A DNA stretch of 64,000 bases. It comes from Dehalococcoidia bacterium. Lineage in GTDB: Bacteria > Chloroflexota > Dehalococcoidia > Lucifugimonadales > UBA2985. The position numbers and the translations under genes are program-made. Of this stretch, positions 36,983 through 45,213 are shown one piece after another (the first letter of the stretch is position 1; every line of letters begins with the position of its first letter). The notes below the pieces were generated by a model. That model saw only the letters and a program-made list of their open reading frames with translations. It was not told the DNA's origin and searched no databases. The DNA lies in assembly GCA_965261605.1 (NCBI GenBank), contig OZ253466.1, positions 336,724 through 400,723 on the forward strand. Reading direction: 5' to 3'.

Positions 36983-37261
36983 GTGATCCTCTCCTTCAAG
37001 AGTCGCGGACTCAGGGCGCTTTACAACGGTCGAGGGTCTCGGAGGTTGGCCCCTGACCACACTCCAAAGTTGAAACGCATTCTTGCGGTGCTGGACCAAA
37101 GTCGGACGCCGCAGGACATGGATATACCGGGATTCCGGCTGCATCCTTTGTCGGGTGAACTAAGGGGTCACTACGCCGTTTCGGTGTCGGGGAATTGGCG
37201 GGTAACGTTCAGGTTTGAGGACGGACACGCCATCGACGTCGATTACACGGACTATCACTGA
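36983..37261 (+). CDS. higB: HigB toxin (RelE/ParE superfamily, plasmid maintenance killer type)
   Basis: MILSFKSRGLRALYNG...RLHPLSGELRGHYAVSVSGNWRVTFRFEDG matches the HigB pattern. It is followed by an HTH antitoxin. Confidence 0.85.
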   Translation: MILSFKSRGLRALYNGRGSRRLAPDHTPKLKRILAVLDQSRTPQDMDIPGFRLHPLSGELRGHYAVSVSGNWRVTFRFEDGHAIDVDYTDYH

Positions 37262-37270
37262 GGAGGTGGT

Positions 37271-37570
37271 ATGATGCCGATGCAGAACCCTCCCCATCCC
37301 GGGGAAATAGTGAAGCGGGAGTGCCTTGAGCCCCTGGGCCTCACCGTGACGAGGGCGGCGGAAGGCCTGGGAGTAACTCGTCAGGCGCTGTCAGACCTGG
37401 TGAACGAGAAGGCAGGCGTATCGGTCGAGATGTCCATTCGCCTGTCCCTGGCGTTCGGCTCTACCCCTGAGACCTGGCTGGCCATGCAGACGGCCTATGA
37501 TCTCTGGCAGGCGCGGGACAGAGCCAAGCAGATCAAGGTGGAGAGATTCGCGGCCACAGGGCCCGTATAG
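37271..37570 (+). CDS. higA: HigA antitoxin (XRE-family HTH)
   Basis: HPGEIVKRECLEPLGLTVTRAAEGLGVTRQALSDLVN is the HigA/VapI HTH pattern. Confidence 0.85.
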   Translation: MMPMQNPPHPGEIVKRECLEPLGLTVTRAAEGLGVTRQALSDLVNEKAGVSVEMSIRLSLAFGSTPETWLAMQTAYDLWQARDRAKQIKVERFAATGPV

Positions 37571-37587
37571 ACGCTGCGGTTATCACG

Positions 37588-38016
37588 CTAACCGCGTTTC
37601 GTGTCCAGATATGCCTGCAAAATCACGGAGGCGGCTGCCGAGTCCCTCAGGGCCTTCTCTCGCGACGGGGAACGTCCTGCCTCCCGGAGGAGGCGCTCCG
37701 CCTCTACCGTGGAGAACCGCTCGTCCTGGCTGTGAACTGGCACGGGCGATTTTCGAGAAAGAGATCTAGTGAACTCCTGGATGCGCCGGGCCTGCGGCCC
37801 CATCCTGCCGTTCAGCGAGATGGGAAGACCCACGACTATCGACTCCGCTTCGTATTTCTCTGCCAGGTCCGTTATGGCCTTGATATCGTCTTCAAGACCG
37901 GCGCGCTGAATGGCGGTCAAAGGGCTTGTTATTGTGCCCGTGGGATCGCTGACTGACACGCCGATGCGACGTTCCCCCACGTCCAACCCCAGCAGCCTCA
38001 GGACCCTTCCCTCCAC
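37588..38016 (-). CDS. ruvX: Holliday-junction resolvase-like RuvX/YqgF
   Basis: LGLDVGERRIGVSVSD at the N-terminus, a length of 142 aa, and a position downstream of alaS as in many bacteria. Confidence 0.85.
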   Translation of the reverse strand: MEGRVLRLLGLDVGERRIGVSVSDPTGTITSPLTAIQRAGLEDDIKAITDLAEKYEAESIVVGLPISLNGRMGPQARRIQEFTRSLSRKSPVPVHSQDERFSTVEAERLLREAGRSPSREKALRDSAAASVILQAYLDTKRG

Positions 38017-40862
38017 TGCCTTACGCTCTCCTCCGCTGATTGAAGCGCGTCCTTTAGCTTGTCGGGAGCGCGGCCTCCCGCCTGGCCCATATCCGGCCTG
38101 CCGCCTCCACCCCCGCCCATCGCCTTGGCTGCCTCCCTGACCACATTGCCGGCGTTGAACCCCTGGTCTACCACATCCCGCGTGGCCATAATTATCATGT
38201 TAGGCCGGTCCTCCACGACCGCGCCAAGTATCACCACGCCGCTCTTTAAGTCGTTCCTCAGCCAGTCGCCGGCCTCGCGCAGTAGATCCGAGGCGGATAT
38301 GGACAGGACGCCGGACACGATTCCGACGCCGGCAACCTCCCTCAGCGGCAGTTCCCTGACCTGGCGCCTCAGAAGCTCCCGTTCCAGGGCCTCGGCGCGC
38401 CGGGCGACCTGCTCCAGTTCCGACAGCAGGCTGTCCACCCTGGGGACAAGCTGCTGTGGTGGCACTTGCAGCCGTCGCGCCGCCTCCTCCAGGGATGCGG
38501 TGTGCTCCATCATCAGGGCCTCCGCGCTGCGCCCGGTCACGGCCTCTATGCGTCGAAGACCGGAACCTATACTGGTCTCGGAAACGATGTGGCAGTAGCC
38601 TATGTCCCCGGTCCTGTGGACGTGGGTGCCACCACACACCTCCAGGCTGAAGGGAACGTCGTTTGCCACCTCAACCACCCGCACCTGGTCACCATACCTG
38701 TCTCCGAAGAAGGCCAGAGCGCCCTGAGAGACGGCGTCACGGTAGGTGGTCTCGCGCCAGTCTACGCCCACGTTCTCCCGGATCTTCTCATTTGCCAGAA
38801 GCTGGATCTCTCGAAGCTCTTCCCGTGTCAGCGGGCTGACGTGGGTGAAGTCGAATCGCAGGCGGTCCGGGGCGACCAGTGAGCCGTGCTGCCGGACGTG
38901 AGTTCCCAGCACCTGCCGGAGCGTTGCGTGCAGAAGGTGAGTTGCCGTGTGGTTGCAGGCTATGGACTTGCGGCGCTGAGAGTCGACTCTGGCATCTACG
39001 GCGTCGCCCAGAGTGAAGCTGCCGCCGGCAACCTCGCACCGGTGAACCGTCAGACCGGCAAAGGGGGTCTGGGTGTCCTGCACGTAGATGACGTTTCCTT
39101 CCGCCGCGATCTCACCAGTATCCCCCACCTGCCCTCCCATCTCCGCGTAGAAGGGCGTCTCGCTCAGAAGCACCTCCACCTGCTGGCCCTCGACGGCCCG
39201 CTCTACCGGCTTGCCGTCGATGAGCATCCCCACAATCACAGATTGGGCGGTGAGCGCCTCGTAGCCAAGGAATCGGGTACCGCCCACGCCCAAGTCCTGG
39301 TATACCCGTATAGCATCGAAGTCGCCACCGAACCGCTCCGAGGCGGCGCGGGCGCGCTCCCGCTGGGCCTCCATCTCCCGCTCAAAGCCCTCCCAGTCTA
39401 TCCCCTCCAGGCCGTTCTCAATAGCTATCTCCTCCACAAGCTCAGGCGGAAGACCGTAAGTGTCGTACAGGGCGAATACCTCTGATCCCAGCAACGCCCT
39501 GCTGGATTTCTCCAGGACCTCAATGTCCTTCGACTCCCGAAGCGCCGTGACCAGAGGGTCCACGGCTTGCTGAAGGAGGGTCGGGTTTACAGCGCCGCCG
39601 ACACGACCAGCCAGCTCCTCAATGAAGCCCGGCAAGTGCGCCGGAAGCTGACCGGATGCAAGATCAAGCCCCCTCATCTCGTTGTCCAAAATGTTCTTGA
39701 GACTTAGGTGGAAAGGTATAAGGCCATCCTCCAGCATGGGCATCCCTGTACGCAGGGCTTGTCCAAACCGCTCTTCTTCCAGGCTTATCACGCGAAGGAT
39801 GAAGTCCCGGCGCTCCTCCAGGTCCGGGTACTGGTCTTTCATGCGGTCGATGACGGTTGCAGCCACTCCCGCAAGGAAAGGGTCTTCAAGCCCCAGCTTC
39901 CTGCCGTACCTTATGGCGCGGCGGATGACCCGTCGCAGCACATAGGCCCTGCCTTCGTTGCCGGGCACCACACCATCGCCGATGAGAAACGAGGCGCTGC
40001 GGGCGTGCTCAGCCACCACTCGAAGGGCGTAGTCGGTGTCCGAATCTTCGCCGTACACCCTGTCGGACAGATCTGCAGCGCTCTGCACCAGAACGTCAAG
40101 CAGGTCCGTTTCATACACATTGCGCTTGCCCTGAAGTATGACGGCAGCCCGCTCCAGCCCCATTCCAGTGTCGATATTGGGCGCGGGCAGAGGCGTGCGA
40201 GCGCCGTCGGCATCCTGGTAGTACTGCATGAAGACCAGGTTCCAAAGCTCCACAAAGCGGTCGCATGGGAGGCCGGCGCCGGGGGCGATATTCTCGCAGT
40301 TGGGGCCGCAGTCGGGCAGGCGGCAGCCGTATTGCTCGCCAAAGTCGTAATTTATCTCACTGCACGGACCGCAGGGACCCTCGTTGCCTGCCGGACCCCA
40401 GAAGTTATCTTCCTCGCCGAATCGCCGAATGCGCTCGGGTGGAATGCCCGTGTTCTTGATCCACAGGTCGAATGCTTCGTCGTCATCCAGGTATACGCTG
40501 GCCCACAACCGCTCCGGCTCAAGCCCCAGGCGCTCCGTGACGAACTCCCACGCGTACTGGATGGCCTCATTCTTGAAGTAGTCGCCTACGCTGAAGTTGC
40601 CAAGCATCTCAAAGAACGTAAGGTGCGTGGAGTCGCCCACATTGCCTACGTCTGTAGTGCGGAAGCACTTCTGCGACGAGGTGAGTCTTCTGCCTGGCGG
40701 TGACATCTCACCCGTGAAGTATGGCTTGAACTGCACCATCCCGGCGCTGGTGAGCAGGAGCGTGGGATCACCGGCGGGTATGAGGGAGGAACTGGGAATG
40801 CGCAGGTGTCCCTTGCTCTCGAAGAAACTTAGAAAGGCCTCTCTTATCTCGTCTCCGGTCAA
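37998..40862 (-). CDS. alaS: Alanine--tRNA ligase
   Basis: It has full AlaRS architecture (FFESKGH, KCFRT, WNLVFMQY, the editing-domain HTATHLL and C..GTHV, and a C-terminal DHHA1-like region). Confidence 0.95.
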   Translation of the reverse strand: MTGDEIREAFLSFFESKGHLRIPSSSLIPAGDPTLLLTSAGMVQFKPYFTGEMSPPGRRLTSSQKCFRTTDVGNVGDSTHLTFFEMLGNFSVGDYFKNEAIQYAWEFVTERLGLEPERLWASVYLDDDEAFDLWIKNTGIPPERIRRFGEEDNFWGPAGNEGPCGPCSEINYDFGEQYGCRLPDCGPNCENIAPGAGLPCDRFVELWNLVFMQYYQDADGARTPLPAPNIDTGMGLERAAVILQGKRNVYETDLLDVLVQSAADLSDRVYGEDSDTDYALRVVAEHARSASFLIGDGVVPGNEGRAYVLRRVIRRAIRYGRKLGLEDPFLAGVAATVIDRMKDQYPDLEERRDFILRVISLEEERFGQALRTGMPMLEDGLIPFHLSLKNILDNEMRGLDLASGQLPAHLPGFIEELAGRVGGAVNPTLLQQAVDPLVTALRESKDIEVLEKSSRALLGSEVFALYDTYGLPPELVEEIAIENGLEGIDWEGFEREMEAQRERARAASERFGGDFDAIRVYQDLGVGGTRFLGYEALTAQSVIVGMLIDGKPVERAVEGQQVEVLLSETPFYAEMGGQVGDTGEIAAEGNVIYVQDTQTPFAGLTVHRCEVAGGSFTLGDAVDARVDSQRRKSIACNHTATHLLHATLRQVLGTHVRQHGSLVAPDRLRFDFTHVSPLTREELREIQLLANEKIRENVGVDWRETTYRDAVSQGALAFFGDRYGDQVRVVEVANDVPFSLEVCGGTHVHRTGDIGYCHIVSETSIGSGLRRIEAVTGRSAEALMMEHTASLEEAARRLQVPPQQLVPRVDSLLSELEQVARRAEALERELLRRQVRELPLREVAGVGIVSGVLSISASDLLREAGDWLRNDLKSGVVILGAVVEDRPNMIIMATRDVVDQGFNAGNVVREAAKAMGGGGGGRPDMGQAGGRAPDKLKDALQSAEESVRQWREGS

Positions 40863-41028
40863 TTCATGCCCTCATTCGCGGGAGTAGTGGACTAGCTAGG
40901 ATTTTAGGTTAAGGCCACAGGGGTGTCAATGTGATGGCAAAGCGCGTGCATGCAGCCTCAGGAAGGACTGGGGGTATCCATGCGAGGCTCGGTAGTCACG
41001 CTTCTTGGGGCGACCCCCGCGGCGGCCC

Positions 41029-41400
41029 TCACACGTGCTGGTCTACCAGTACAGGGTTGCCGTCCGGGTCCACAACGACAAAGCTGGCGGGTCCAGCGCT
41101 GCTCTCGTCGGCCTCAACGACCAGCGGCACGCCCGCCGCCTTCAGCCGACGCTGCAGCTCTCGAACATCGGTAAAGTCGCCGACCGGCTGAGCTTCGTCG
41201 TCCCAGCCCGGATTGAAGGTCAACATGTTCTTGTCGAACATGCCTTGAAAGAGGCCGATGGTGTGGCCGGCATTTCTTAGAATCAGCCAGTTCTGAGAAG
41301 GGTCCCCTCCCACAACTTTGAAACCCAGCTTCTCGTAGAAAACCCGCGAAGCTTCCAGGTCCTGTACCGCAAGGCTGATTGAAAATGCGCCTAAATCCAT
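41029..41400 (-). CDS. VOC/glyoxalase family protein
   Basis: The 123-aa product starts with a typical VOC beta-alpha-beta-beta-beta module (FSISLAVQDLEASRVFYEKLGF). Confidence 0.8.
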   Translation of the reverse strand: MDLGAFSISLAVQDLEASRVFYEKLGFKVVGGDPSQNWLILRNAGHTIGLFQGMFDKNMLTFNPGWDDEAQPVGDFTDVRELQRRLKAAGVPLVVEADESSAGPASFVVVDPDGNPVLVDQHV

Positions 41401-41506
41401 GCTCTTCTCCTACTGCGCCTGCCGAAGCGGCGCAGGCTCTTAGTGTCTTATAGATTATGGCAACAACTGCCGGTTAGAAAGTTTTAATAGACGGCTTTGC
41501 TACGAG

Positions 41507-41740
41507 CTAGGAGGCGAAGTCAAAGACCTGCATCGATACAGACGCCGTTGCCTTGGCTTCCCCGTGGACCATCAGTCGGACCTTCTCGGTTGTTTCACGG
41601 CTGAAGGTCTGCTCACCACACCGAGCGCACACCTCAGCCGGGATCCTCCCGACCAAGACGTAGTGCCCGTCAACTCTAAAGACCTCGTCGACCAACTCCT
41701 CGCGGCTCTCTCTAGCGCTACAGACCACGCATGTAAACAT
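41507..41740 (-). CDS. YgiT-type zinc-finger protein (MqsA N-terminal-like), no partner gene seen
   Basis: MFTCVVC...CARCGE is a CxxC...CxxC zinc ribbon, with the layout of YgiT-type proteins. The start is the ATG at 41740, 7 nt after AGGAGG. Confidence 0.7.
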   Translation of the reverse strand: MFTCVVCSARESREELVDEVFRVDGHYVLVGRIPAEVCARCGEQTFSRETTEKVRLMVHGEAKATASVSMQVFDFAS

Positions 41741-41876
41741 AGTCACCTCCTTCTGGAGTACCCGACCCATTCATCGGTATTCTCTATACGCGTTGGTTTT
41801 GCCAACTCCGCTGGGATAATGCGCCTTTCTTCAACCATTCCTGCGGAGGCAGGAATCCACGACCCCTGTAATTGTG

Positions 41877-43387
41877 GGGACTTATATCGAAAACTACACA
41901 AGGCGTAGCTAATCCCTGTCCTTACTTCCTCCTAGTTGTACTCTCAAATCGCATTATCTCCACTGTACCCTCATCTGCTACAGCCGAAATGTAGCCATAA
42001 TCATTTTCACAACTTCTAATGCGGATGAGCATCAGGCGGAATGCCGCAGCGCAGCACCCCAGGGTCTGAATCTAGCGGATACATATCGTGATTATGCCGC
42101 TTTCCACCGTGATTATGCGACTGTTCACCACATGGCGAAGTAGTCGGCTCAGGGGTAGCTATTGGAGTCGGCGTTGGCGTTGGCGTAGCTATTGGCGTTG
42201 GCGTAGCTATTGGCGTCGGCGTTGACGTAGCTATTGGCGTCGGCTCAATAGTAGCTATTGGAATCGGCTCAATTTGTGTCGCAGCCCCCCCCGGAGTAGT
42301 GAAAGTTGTGTGGTTATCAGCTTGATACCAGCCGTTATTTCCCTCCTCGTTTATCGCTATAATTTGCATTTCGTACATTGTCCCGCTTTGCAATCCGTGT
42401 GGTGATTCTGGTGTGCGACGTACAACATACCGATGTCCGGTTATCCCGCCTACATTGCGAGTATTCAGTCTAATCTCCGCCTCACAACTATAGGTAGAGC
42501 TAGCTGAAACATCAATCTTTGTCCAATCATCTGAGCTATTATCTTCCCGGTAACGAAGCATGTATCTAGTGGTTTTGGGCCTTGCCGTGTCGCCGCGAGG
42601 TGATGTCAGCAGTGGGTCAATTAGCCAATCCCAAGGAGACGCCCACTCAAAAACCACCTCATACTCTGAGTTTCCAGATGCTACATGATCGATGGCGGCG
42701 GTTGGCTTATGCCAAAATACATCGGGAGTGTCGGCTGCGTCGACAATGTTCATGGTTTTGGTATATGTGTTGCAGGCATCATTGTCATCACATATCTTAA
42801 ACGTCACTTGATGAGAGGTCGCAGTCTCGTAATCCGTTGTACGATGAACTACAAACCTCAACCCATAACCGCGATTTAATGTACTTATGGGTCTACCCGA
42901 CGCTGCGGCGTTTTGCGGGTCATCAAAGCTAGGTTGCAACATCCCGTCCCAGGGGGGCACTATGGTAACGGTCATCGGGTCGTTTTCATTATCCTTAGCT
43001 GTCAGCGAACATAATTCAACGTTTCCCCCAATGCGATGCTCTGGCGCTGCCGACACAAAAGGCGCGGTGCGCCGAATAAACTCAAAGCCTGGCACTGCGT
43101 CACAGGCCCCTTCTGCCAAATATCTATGGTCTTTCATTGGAACTAGATAGGGAGCGGTGTTGGCCGCAGCCCCGTCATCAGCGAATACGACGGCATTAAA
43201 TAACAGCATACTTAGCCCTATCAATATAACCACCGCCACCGCTGATCCCCCAATTTGCATCAGTTGTCTCATATCCGTTCTCCTTCTTAACTCTCAATGT
43301 TCAATAAAATTGCGCCATATTTCACGCCGTCAGCGTACTGCTTAACATCTACTTGCTCCTGCTTGTGTAGTTTTCGATATAAATCCC
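41877..43387. mobile_element. Non-autonomous passenger-carrying transposable element (1511 bp; MIC-like)
   Basis: The 26-bp terminal inverted repeats GGGACTTATATCGAAAACTACACAAG (41877-41902) and CTTGTGTAGTTTTCGATATAAATCCC (43362-43387) match at 25 of 26 positions. The 8-bp target duplication TAATTGTG lies at 41869-41876 and 43388-43395. The same site is single-copy and unoccupied in the intact MITE (36831-36838). There is no transposase ORF inside. Confidence 0.8.
42016..43272 (-). CDS. Secreted protein with FN3-like domain, PTPIAT tandem repeats and a Cys/His-rich tail
   Basis: It has an N-terminal hydrophobic signal (AVAVVILIGLSMLLFNAVVFA) and an FN3-like block (...YMLRYRE...W...GLQSGTMYEMQIIAINEEGNNGW). 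About six PTPIAT-type repeats follow, then a C-terminal CGEQSHNHGGKRHNHD...CGIPPDAHPH. AAGGAGAA lies before the ATG. Confidence 0.75.
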   Translation of the reverse strand: MRQLMQIGGSAVAVVILIGLSMLLFNAVVFADDGAAANTAPYLVPMKDHRYLAEGACDAVPGFEFIRRTAPFVSAAPEHRIGGNVELCSLTAKDNENDPMTVTIVPPWDGMLQPSFDDPQNAAASGRPISTLNRGYGLRFVVHRTTDYETATSHQVTFKICDDNDACNTYTKTMNIVDAADTPDVFWHKPTAAIDHVASGNSEYEVVFEWASPWDWLIDPLLTSPRGDTARPKTTRYMLRYREDNSSDDWTKIDVSASSTYSCEAEIRLNTRNVGGITGHRYVVRRTPESPHGLQSGTMYEMQIIAINEEGNNGWYQADNHTTFTTPGGAATQIEPIPIATIEPTPIATSTPTPIATPTPIATPTPTPTPIATPEPTTSPCGEQSHNHGGKRHNHDMYPLDSDPGVLRCGIPPDAHPH

Positions 43388-43623
43388 TAATTGTGGAGGA
43401 TAGACCCCTGCCTCCGCAGGGGTGGACTGGCGCCTGGGTGGTGTGAATTACTATTGCCAACACCTATAGAGAATACCCATTCATCGGGATTTGGTCATTC
43501 AAGGTGTGTGAATGTTACACTAAACAGCCACTCTACGTCATTCAATCCCGAATACTCAGATGAGTTAAGGACAATCTTCAGTTCGGAGCCCCCGGTATCG
43601 AGCACCGGGGTTAGCTGCGGGCA

Positions 43624-43655
43624 ATGAAAAGGGACGCCTCTTTCGAGGCGTCCCT
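43624..43655 (-). terminator. Rho-independent terminator of hsp20
   Basis: Minus strand: GGGACGCCTC-gaaa-GAGGCGTCCC followed by TTTTCATT. A second GC hairpin lies at 43666-43685. Confidence 0.65.
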
Positions 43656-43707
43656 TGCGTATCCACCGGCGGGCTGTCCCGCCGGCTTATCTCTGCTACC
43701 GGACGGG

Positions 43708-44145
43708 CTACTCGGACACAACCTTCAGGCGCTTGGCCTTCTTGGACTCCGCCTTCGGGATGGTGATGGTCAGCACCCCGTTCTTGTACCCGGGCTGAAT
43801 CCTCTCCGTGTCCACCGTATTGGGAAGACGCAGCGCACGATGGAAGGAGCCGGTCCGACGCTCCCGCATCAGGTACTTGCCCTCCTCGCTCTCAACGTCC
43901 GAGTGGGTGGTCGCCTTGATGGTCAACACGCTGTCCTCTATGGACACGTCTATCTTCTCCGGGTCAACCCCGGGCAGAGAGGCATGCACCAAAATCTGGT
44001 CACCCTCTCTCACCACGTCCAGCGGCACACTCCAGCCCTCTACCGTGGGGTTGGCCGACCCGCCTCCATAACCCCGCCACAGTCGGTTGATGGTGTCCTC
44101 CATTGTCCTAAGCTCCCTCAAAGGCTCCCAACGTCTCAGCACCAT
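43708..44145 (-). CDS. Small heat-shock protein, Hsp20/alpha-crystallin family
   Basis: It has an alpha-crystallin domain (PLDVVREGDQILVHASLPGVDPEKIDVSIEDSVLTIKA...F.R...LP) and a C-terminal I-x-I-like ITIP. Confidence 0.9.
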   Translation of the reverse strand: MVLRRWEPLRELRTMEDTINRLWRGYGGGSANPTVEGWSVPLDVVREGDQILVHASLPGVDPEKIDVSIEDSVLTIKATTHSDVESEEGKYLMRERRTGSFHRALRLPNTVDTERIQPGYKNGVLTITIPKAESKKAKRLKVVSE

Positions 44146-44207
44146 TTCATTACCTCCTTCTATAATCTCTCTTTAGGCGCTCCACCCAACCTCATCCTCA
44201 CATTGTT

Positions 44208-44237
44208 AGTATAGCAACCTTGACAATATTTTGTCAA
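44208..44237 (-). promoter_or_regulatory. Candidate hsp20 promoter with overlapping palindrome (possible HspR operator)
   Basis: Minus strand: TTGACA (plus 44232-44237), an 18-nt spacer, then TATACT (plus 44208-44213). The -35 forms one arm of the palindrome TTGACA-atattt-TGTCAA (44220-44237). Confidence 0.5.
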
Positions 44238-44266
44238 CTATACTTATGGATTACCATTAACTATTC

Positions 44267-44295
44267 TTGACAAGAGCGTGTTATTAAACTATACT
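44267..44295 (+). promoter_or_regulatory. Candidate dnaJ-hspR-clp operon promoter
   Basis: TTGACA (44267-44272), a 17-nt spacer, then TATACT (44290-44295), 23 nt upstream of the dnaJ ATG with GGGAGA in between. Confidence 0.55.
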
Positions 44296-44318
44296 GCCAA
44301 TTGGGAGATACTAAAGTC

Positions 44319-45209
44319 ATGGCAACCAACTACTACGAACTTCTGGGAGTCGGCCGAAGCGCGTCGGAAAAGGACGTGCGCCAGGCCTACCGGCGTCTTG
44401 CCCGCCAGTACCACCCGGACGTGAATCCTGGGGACAAGTCCGCGGAGCAGAAGTTCAAGGAGATAAACGAGGCTTACGAAGCACTGTCAGACCCGGAGAA
44501 GCGCAAGAAGTACGACCGCTTTGGGGACAACTGGAAGCACGCCGATCAGATAGAACAGGGGCAGAATAGGTCGGGCAGCGGTCCGTTCGTATGGGATTTC
44601 GGCGGGGGTCACCCCTCCGATACGGGGTCACCCTCCTTTGACGATCTCTTTGGAGGCCGCGGCTTCGGACGCGCCACCACCGCGTCCCGCAGAAGGGCTG
44701 TCGTGGAGCAGCCGGTCAGCGTGTCCCTGGACGAGGCATTCAATGGCGCCACCCGCCTCATACAGCTCAGCAACAGCGTCCAGGGGTCGAGCCGGCGTCT
44801 GGAGGTCAAGATACCCCAGGGAGTGGACAACGGCTCCCGTATAAGAGTACGCCCGGACGAGTCAGGCTCTGAGGAAGTGTACCTGGTGGTGTCCGTAAGG
44901 CCAGATACCCGGTTCGAAAGGCGCGGCAACGACCTTTACACCAAGGTAAACGTGCCCCTTGTGGACGCTGTGCTGGGCGGTGAGGTAAGGGCGCCCACCC
45001 TGGCCGAGCCGGTGATGCTGAAGATACCGCCTGAGACGCAGAACGGCCGCTCATTCCGCCTATCCGGCAAGGGAATGCCGCGCCTGGGTTCGCCCCAGAC
45101 ACGCGGCAGCCTGTACGTCGACGTCCAGGTGAGCATCCCCACCAACCTGTCGGAGAGGCAGAGGGAGCTGTTCCGGGAGCTCAAGGCAACCCAGGAAAAG
45201 GAGGATTAA
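44319..45209 (+). CDS. J-domain co-chaperone, DnaJ/CbpA type (no zinc-finger region)
   Basis: It has a J domain (YYELLGV...YHPDVNP) and DnaJ C-terminal domains. The CxxCxGxG repeats are absent, as in CbpA-type proteins. Confidence 0.85.
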   Translation: MATNYYELLGVGRSASEKDVRQAYRRLARQYHPDVNPGDKSAEQKFKEINEAYEALSDPEKRKKYDRFGDNWKHADQIEQGQNRSGSGPFVWDFGGGHPSDTGSPSFDDLFGGRGFGRATTASRRRAVVEQPVSVSLDEAFNGATRLIQLSNSVQGSSRRLEVKIPQGVDNGSRIRVRPDESGSEEVYLVVSVRPDTRFERRGNDLYTKVNVPLVDAVLGGEVRAPTLAEPVMLKIPPETQNGRSFRLSGKGMPRLGSPQTRGSLYVDVQVSIPTNLSERQRELFRELKATQEKED

Positions 45210-45213
45210 GCTC

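Larger units (their letters stand above)
41777..43476. mobile_element. MITE-like element, second copy, interrupted by a nested insertion
   Basis: Joining 41777-41876 to 43388-43476 and removing one copy of the 8-bp duplication gives 181 bp, alignable end to end with 36739-36919. It is flanked by a 10-bp direct repeat CCATTCATCG (41767-41776 and 43477-43486). Confidence 0.75.

Noticed and set aside
39708-40703. A 331-aa ORF on the plus strand
   Set aside because: It is antisense to alaS, so it is a shadow ORF.
42140-42290. Short tandem repeats (ggcgttggcgtagctatt...) that could be mistaken for a CRISPR-like or minisatellite array
   Set aside because: They are the in-frame coding sequence of the PTPIAT repeats of the passenger protein. 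They have no spacers and no repeat-spacer periodicity.
43487-43620. A short minus-strand ORF (about 38 aa) upstream of the interrupted MITE, considered as a displaced MqsR-like partner of the YgiT-type gene
   Set aside because: It has no resemblance to MqsR or other toxins, no SD, and it overlaps the hsp20 terminator region.
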